A DNA stretch of 64,000 nt from Candidatus Bathyarchaeia archaeon (GTDB lineage Archaea; Thermoproteota; Bathyarchaeia; 40CM-2-53-6), in the NCBI GenBank assembly GCA_049517415.1, contig JBEKSC010000001.1, positions 1 to 64,000 of the forward strand. The letters are read 5' to 3'. The notes under the pieces are model-generated. The model did not search any database. It was given only the letters and a program-made list of their open reading frames with translations, and was not told where the DNA came from. Of the stretch, positions 58,826-64,000 are shown piece after piece; position 1 is the first letter of the stretch; every line of letters begins with the position of its first letter. The position numbers and the translations under genes are program-made.

Positions 58826-59656
58826 TTGGCCGCCATGGTTAGCGATTATCGAAGCAGTTACACTTCATCGTGGTGCCCAGGTTGCGGAGACTATGGTGTC
58901 CTGAAGTCTGTTGACATGGCTTTTCACGAGCTTGGTTTGAAAAACGAGGATATCATCATAGTCTCAGGAATTGGATGTAATGGCCGCTTCCCGCATAACT
59001 TCAGAACCTATGGCTTCCACACACTTCACGGCCGAGTATTACCAATCGCACAAGGCATCAACATGACCAGGCCCAGCCTTTGTGTCGTTGGGATTGCTGG
59101 CGACGGCGACGCCTTTGCTATCGGAGGAGGCCATGTTCCGCATGCGGCCAGAAGAAACCCCGACATAGCATACATCGTCCTCGACAATGGCATATATGGG
59201 CAAACCAAAGGCCAACCTTCGCCCACAACACCGCTTGGATACAAGACTAAGGTGACACCTGAAGGAAATCAAGAGGACCCAATTGACATAAGTCAATTGG
59301 CCTTGGCATATGGCGTTTCATTCTTGGCGCGAGGATTCCCAGGAAAGCCCACCCACCTCGCACACCTGATAGCCCAAGGTATAACACACAAGGGTTTCGC
59401 GTTGATACATGTGCTTAACCCCTGCCCTACCTTCCACGACACATGGCAAGAGCTGGCACCTAAAGTCATCGAGACGGGCTCGGAGCATGACTCGGCTGAC
59501 TTGGATGCGGCTTGGAAACTTGTCAGAAGACGTGACAAGATTCCAGTAGGTGTAATATTCAAACAGAATCGCTCCACTCTAGCGGAGCGCGTCAAAGCCT
59601 CGGCCCGGACTCCTGCGGAACTGGAATTGAAGGAATTGCTCAAATCCTTTAGGTAG
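58826..59656 (+). CDS. 2-oxoacid:ferredoxin oxidoreductase beta subunit
   Basis: WCPGCG, SGIGC, GDGD, PCPTF. Confidence 0.95.
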   Translation: MAAMVSDYRSSYTSSWCPGCGDYGVLKSVDMAFHELGLKNEDIIIVSGIGCNGRFPHNFRTYGFHTLHGRVLPIAQGINMTRPSLCVVGIAGDGDAFAIGGGHVPHAARRNPDIAYIVLDNGIYGQTKGQPSPTTPLGYKTKVTPEGNQEDPIDISQLALAYGVSFLARGFPGKPTHLAHLIAQGITHKGFALIHVLNPCPTFHDTWQELAPKVIETGSEHDSADLDAAWKLVRRRDKIPVGVIFKQNRSTLAERVKASARTPAELELKELLKSFR

Positions 59657-59770
59657 GTCCAACTCGGAGAAGATGCAAGTATCCTCCCGATCCCGAGAAA
59701 TGTCTAACGCATCATGAACAGGACACTGCATATTGACCTTCATCTCATCAGACATCGTTACCGAGAAGGA

Positions 59771-59911
59771 TCAACCACCCATCGTCGGGCTAGGTGGGCA
59801 ATGCGTACATACCTCAAGGGGACCAGACCCGCAGATCGTACATACCTCGCACTCATCATCACCGTACGTGCTTTTGCATTCCGCGCATCTCCCAATCGTG
59901 TTTTCCGCCAA
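59771..59911 (-). CDS. 46-aa Cys-rich microprotein ending in GG
   Basis: Hand translation from TTG: MAENTIGRCAECKSTYGDDECEVCTICGSGPLEVCTHCPPSPTMGG; GGGGTGG upstream. Confidence 0.6.
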   Translation of the reverse strand: MAENTIGRCAECKSTYGDDECEVCTICGSGPLEVCTHCPPSPTMGG

Positions 59912-60184
59912 ACTATTCCACCCCCACTCTCCTTTTGATCATTAATTCGGTCGTCCGTGCGAACGTCTCAGGCCAAGATCGCAGTGCAGGCATGGCGTGA
60001 ACTTGGTTGTTCCGCAACGCGAGCATTGATCACACTTTTGATTCCAATATTCGTAGCAGTTTTCACAACGACTTAGGACTGATGGGGCGCGCACAGGTCC
60101 AATCCGATCATCAGCGCCCGGTTCACGGGTTTCGAATTGGAGAGCCCCTTCAGTGCGCCTAGAGTCTATGCTCGTTCACCTCCT

Positions 60185-60748
60185 TCATCTATCAGCTATT
60201 AGCTCCAAAACTTCCGCTGTGTCTGATGCGAGTTCGACGCCCCTCTGGAAGGCTCTGCAGTTCAGGTCGGCTGCCTTGGCGTACCTGGCCAGAATTGCTG
60301 CTTGCAGGGACTCAATGCTCACGACATGGGTTCTCGCTGCCAGAAAGCCTAGAATAACTATGTTCGCGACGACACGCTTTCCCAGTTCTTCAGCGATGCT
60401 GAGTGCGGGGACTGAAAATAATTTACGCTCTTGCACTGGACAGGTGTCAATCATTCCCTTTTCAACGATTATCGTGGCATCTGGTTGTGTGCTCTTCCAG
60501 TTGTCGTTAAATCCGTCTTGCGACATAGCCACTAGGATGTTCGGGCGTATGACGAGTGGGTAGTCGATGGGTTCGTCTGATATGATGAGGTCTGCTCTGG
60601 ACCATCCGCCGGTTATGTATGGGCTGTAATCCTCAGTCATCACGACTTCTTTTCGTTCGCGAATAGATGCAGCTTCCCCAATGAGGCGGCCAGCGGAGAT
60701 TATGCCTTGACCTCCCAGCCCGTGCAGCCGGACCTCACATCTCGTCAT
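60185..60748 (-). CDS. 2-oxoacid:ferredoxin oxidoreductase gamma subunit
   Basis: GLGGQG, GG.SRADL.ISD. Confidence 0.93.
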   Translation of the reverse strand: MTRCEVRLHGLGGQGIISAGRLIGEAASIRERKEVVMTEDYSPYITGGWSRADLIISDEPIDYPLVIRPNILVAMSQDGFNDNWKSTQPDATIIVEKGMIDTCPVQERKLFSVPALSIAEELGKRVVANIVILGFLAARTHVVSIESLQAAILARYAKAADLNCRAFQRGVELASDTAEVLELIADR

Positions 60749-61617
60749 TTCGACCGGCTCACCGCCTTTTCGATCGCTTCACGTTCAACTTCGTGATACG
60801 TAGGTTTCTTGATATCGACGAAGTTACCTACGACAATTGGGTCGGGGGGCTTCATTGTAAGGGCGATCTTGCTGAGGTCTGCCTTATCGTCCACTCGTGA
60901 GCAGGTCCTGAAGTATTGCATCATGGCTAGGGCATCCTCGAAGTTGTTCAAGTCTCCAAAGGTGGGAGGGCACGGAGAGACAATTTCCACGAATGCTAAA
61001 CCCTGAACTTGAAATGCCCTCAACATAGCTTTCAGTAATTGCCTTACGTGTAGCGCAGTCCATCTGGCCACGAATGGCGCTCCAGCTGCGGCAACCATGT
61101 ACGGTATGTTGAAGGAAGCTTCGAAATTGCCGTAGGGAGTTGTAGCTGTCTTCGCCCCCGTCGGCGTAGTCGCGCCGAACTGCCCGCCTGTCATCCCGTA
61201 ATTGAAATTGTTCACACAGAAGATATTCAGGTCGACGTTTCGTCGAATGGCATGTATTAGGTGATTGCCACCTATGTTAAACAGGTCCCCGTCTCCCGAG
61301 ATGACTGTTACCTCAAGTTCGGGATTCGCAACCTTCATGCCCGTGGCAACCGCAATAGCTCTTCCATGGGTCGTGTGATAGGTGTCCAAGTTCAAGTAGC
61401 CGGGAATCCTAGATGTACAGCCAATTCCTGAAACGACCACATGTCTGTCCTGCGGAATTCCCGAACTTCTAATAGCCTCAACTAGACAGCCAGTTACAAT
61501 TCCCAGGCCGCATCCTGGGCACCAGATGTGTGGTAACCTGTCAGCTCGCAACATTTCGTCTCTAGGGTTGGTGAGTTTCACCGTTTCGAATTCGCTGTTG
61601 GCCTCAAGTTGAGCCAT
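60745..61617 (-). CDS. 2-oxoacid:ferredoxin oxidoreductase beta subunit (second copy)
   Basis: WCPGCG, GIGC, GDGD, YGMTGGQ. Confidence 0.95.
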   Translation of the reverse strand: MAQLEANSEFETVKLTNPRDEMLRADRLPHIWCPGCGLGIVTGCLVEAIRSSGIPQDRHVVVSGIGCTSRIPGYLNLDTYHTTHGRAIAVATGMKVANPELEVTVISGDGDLFNIGGNHLIHAIRRNVDLNIFCVNNFNYGMTGGQFGATTPTGAKTATTPYGNFEASFNIPYMVAAAGAPFVARWTALHVRQLLKAMLRAFQVQGLAFVEIVSPCPPTFGDLNNFEDALAMMQYFRTCSRVDDKADLSKIALTMKPPDPIVVGNFVDIKKPTYHEVEREAIEKAVSRSK

Positions 61618-61621
61618 TCCT

Positions 61622-62845
61622 CTATACCTCCAAAGCCGCGTAGATTTTCTCGGGAGGAATTAAAGCCCCAACAGGATAGTGGACGCCTACCACGGGACAT
61701 TCCGCGAATTCTCTAACCAGATGTTCCATCTGGCCGTAGTTGACCTCGGGGACAATCATTCTCTTAGATTTCGCGCTGAGTTTTTCAATTTCCCTATGTG
61801 GAAAAGGCCATGGCGTAATCAACCTAAGAAGTCCAACCTTCTTGCCCCGCTGTCTAGCCTCATTGACGGCGCGGAGCGCCGACCTAGACGTTGAACCATA
61901 GGCTACAATGACTACTTCCGCATCATCGGTCAGGTAATGTTCGACTTCTACTATGTCGTCTAGGTGATTCAGGATTTTCCCGATTAAATGATTCAGCATT
62001 CTTTCAGAAACAGCGTTGTCCAAGGATGGATATCCGCGTTCATCATGTGTGAGACTATCAACATTGACGTGAAAGCCCTCACCAGCCACAGCCATGGGTG
62101 GGTAATCTTGGGCGAAATCGAAGGGTATGAAATTCGGCTCAGACTTGGATAGTTTCTTCCGATTGACCACCTCTATGTCTTCTGGGGGAGGTATCACAAG
62201 CTTGCTTGTCATGTGGCCTACCACTTGGTCGGCCATCAGGAAAGTCGGGGTCCTATATTTTTCGGCCATGTTGAAGGTTTTGATCGTAAGGTCAAACATC
62301 TCTTGGACGCTGTTTGGTGAATAAGCAATAATCTCGTAGTCTCCGTGAGATCCCCATCGAGCTTGCATCATGTCTCCTTGTCCAATGAGAGTTGGAATTC
62401 CCGTGCTTGGGCCCGCTCTTTGAACATTAACGATGACGCATGGGGTTTCGGTGATTACGCCTAATCCTATGTTCTCCATCATCAGGGAGAATCCCGGCCC
62501 TGATGTTGCCGTCATGCTCTTGACGCCTGCATTCGACGCCCCGATGACTGCAGCTATGCTGCCGATTTCGTCTTCCATCTGAAGGTAGTGCCCTCCGACC
62601 TGCGGCAAACGTTTGCTCATGTATTCTGCTATCTCTGAAGACGGAGTGATCGGATACCCTCCGAAGAATCGACAGCCCGCGGCGATAGCCCCCTCTGCGC
62701 AGGCCAGGTTTCCGGACATGAAGAATTCGCGACTTTGCCCTCGCATAGTCACAGGTCTCACCTTGCCTCCAGATGACAAATGGTGTTTTACAGACGAACC
62801 GGATTTCTGTAAATACGTACCTTCGTTTGTGCGTTTAATATGCAT
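61622..62845 (-). CDS. 2-oxoacid:ferredoxin oxidoreductase alpha subunit (second copy; start uncertain)
   Basis: GYPITPSSE, ATSGPGFSLM, QRAGPSTG. Confidence 0.95.
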   Translation of the reverse strand: MHIKRTNEGTYLQKSGSSVKHHLSSGGKVRPVTMRGQSREFFMSGNLACAEGAIAAGCRFFGGYPITPSSEIAEYMSKRLPQVGGHYLQMEDEIGSIAAVIGASNAGVKSMTATSGPGFSLMMENIGLGVITETPCVIVNVQRAGPSTGIPTLIGQGDMMQARWGSHGDYEIIAYSPNSVQEMFDLTIKTFNMAEKYRTPTFLMADQVVGHMTSKLVIPPPEDIEVVNRKKLSKSEPNFIPFDFAQDYPPMAVAGEGFHVNVDSLTHDERGYPSLDNAVSERMLNHLIGKILNHLDDIVEVEHYLTDDAEVVIVAYGSTSRSALRAVNEARQRGKKVGLLRLITPWPFPHREIEKLSAKSKRMIVPEVNYGQMEHLVREFAECPVVGVHYPVGALIPPEKIYAALEV

Positions 62846-62899
62846 AGTATTTACTCAAAGAACTATCTCTATATTTAGAATAAAACGGAGAACGTCGAA

Positions 62900-63304
62900 G
62901 TGAGGCTTCCCCCATTGAGCAACATCGCTCAGCAGGTAGACCGCACACTTGAGCGGGTTACAGCGGGGACTGTTACGACGGGATTTGTGAGGGAATGGAG
63001 CCCTCCTAGACCATCTAGGATACCTCTCTCACCCCAACAGAAGTTGAAGCTCCGAGACGTCGACGTTATCCTAATCGACGACAGATGCAAGGGATGCACT
63101 TACTGCATAGAGTTTTGCCCACGAAAGGTGTTCGAGCAAGGCAAGAAGCTCAACCAGATTGGAATCCATCCGCCCCGGATCAAGGACAGCTCATTGTGTG
63201 TCGGATGTGGCGTCTGCGAAGAGATCTGCCCTGATTTCGCCATTTTCTTAGTGGATAAGGGAAGCTCACTGAAAAATAGGAAGATTATATCAGAGGAAAA
63301 ATGA
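62900..63304 (+). CDS. 2x[4Fe-4S] ferredoxin (KorD/delta-like; start uncertain)
   Basis: CKGCTYCIEFCP and CVGCGVCEEICPDFAI. Confidence 0.9.
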   Translation: MRLPPLSNIAQQVDRTLERVTAGTVTTGFVREWSPPRPSRIPLSPQQKLKLRDVDVILIDDRCKGCTYCIEFCPRKVFEQGKKLNQIGIHPPRIKDSSLCVGCGVCEEICPDFAIFLVDKGSSLKNRKIISEEK

Positions 63305-64000
63305 ATGGACGCTGAAAAACCGAACTCGAATTTAGCAGTCTACGTCTTTGGTAAGCAGTACCGCGTTCCAGAAAACCTGACTATCCTAACCGCCATGGAA
63401 TCTCTGGGTTACCGGTTACTAAGGGGGTGCGGTTGTCGCAGTGGCTTCTGCGGCGCTTGCGCAACCGTGTATAGAATTCAAGGAGATTACAGGCTGCGAA
63501 CAGGACTCGCATGCCAAACGCCCGTCAAAGACGGAATGGTCTTTTCGATGCTTCCATTCCATCCCGCAACTAAAGCCAAATACAATTTGAAGGAACTACC
63601 GGCAGACCTGTCCTCAATTGTCCGTTTCTATCCTGAGGTGATGAGATGCTTACAGTGCAACACTTGTAGCCGCGCCTGCCCACAGGAACTGCCTGTCATA
63701 GATGTTATCGGGGCCGCGATGCGCGGCGACATCAGCACTGCGGCCGACCTTTCATTCGACTGCATAATGTGCGGCCTCTGCGCCACAAGATGCCCGGCGG
63801 AAATAGTTCAGTACTACGTTGCCATTCTCGCAAGAAGACTGTACGCAGCGCACTTAGCTCCCAAGTCGAAGCACCTTCAAGAACGGCTTCAGCAGATCAG
63901 GAGCGGATTTTTCGACGAGGACCTCGAGCACCTCACCCACCTAAGCACAGCAGAGTTAGCGAAGATGTACAACGCTAGGGAAATCGAAAAGGAGGCAGCA
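63305..64000 (+). CDS. SdhB/FrdB-like [2Fe-2S] + 2x[4Fe-4S] protein (runs off the window end)
   Basis: Hand translation: GCGCRSGFCGAC, LACQ, CLQCNTCSRACP, CIMCGLCATRCP. Confidence 0.88.
   Translation, partial: MDAEKPNSNLAVYVFGKQYRVPENLTILTAMESLGYRLLRGCGCRSGFCGACATVYRIQGDYRLRTGLACQTPVKDGMVFSMLPFHPATKAKYNLKELPADLSSIVRFYPEVMRCLQCNTCSRACPQELPVIDVIGAAMRGDISTAADLSFDCIMCGLCATRCPAEIVQYYVAILARRLYAAHLAPKSKHLQERLQQIRSGFFDEDLEHLTHLSTAELAKMYNAREIEKEAA

Noticed and set aside
1..64000. CRISPR array, transposase, integrase or rRNA
   Set aside because: None seen by eye: no regularly spaced repeats and no recognisable motifs.

Overview
Archaeal chromosomal window. Evidence: archaeal rpl3, Alba, a TRAM protein, intron-bearing tRNAs and frequent TTG/GTG starts; a TACK/Bathyarchaeia-like origin is my inference. 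The first ~18 kb mixes housekeeping and accessory genes. These include tRNA-Leu(GAG) and tRNA-Thr(CGT), each with two introns, a solo Cas4-like nuclease, a DUF2283-ferredoxin fusion, a papain/chagasin pair and a thermopsin-like secreted protein. The core (18.6-46 kb) is a nucleobase/ureide catabolic island: nucleoside-type ABC importer, cytosine deaminase, two LLM (putatively F420-dependent) oxidoreductases, dihydropyrimidinase, two YgeW-like transcarbamylases, carbamate kinase, two class III aminotransferases, CoA-acylating (methyl)malonate-semialdehyde dehydrogenase, a Grp/BarR-like Lrp regulator, a divergent PRTase and pyrB/pyrI. No beta-ureidopropionase or PreT/PreA is visible. Main hypothesis: an ATP-yielding, phosphorolytic variant of reductive pyrimidine degradation. 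The remainder has acetoin/pyruvate dehydrogenase E1/E2, acetoacetate-CoA ligase, a DEAD-box helicase with a switch-like leader, a PfkB kinase, thiL and two 2-oxoacid:ferredoxin oxidoreductase sets. Several Cys-rich microproteins and candidate structured RNAs missed by the ORF track are also reported. Family calls are from motif recognition by eye; no searches were run.
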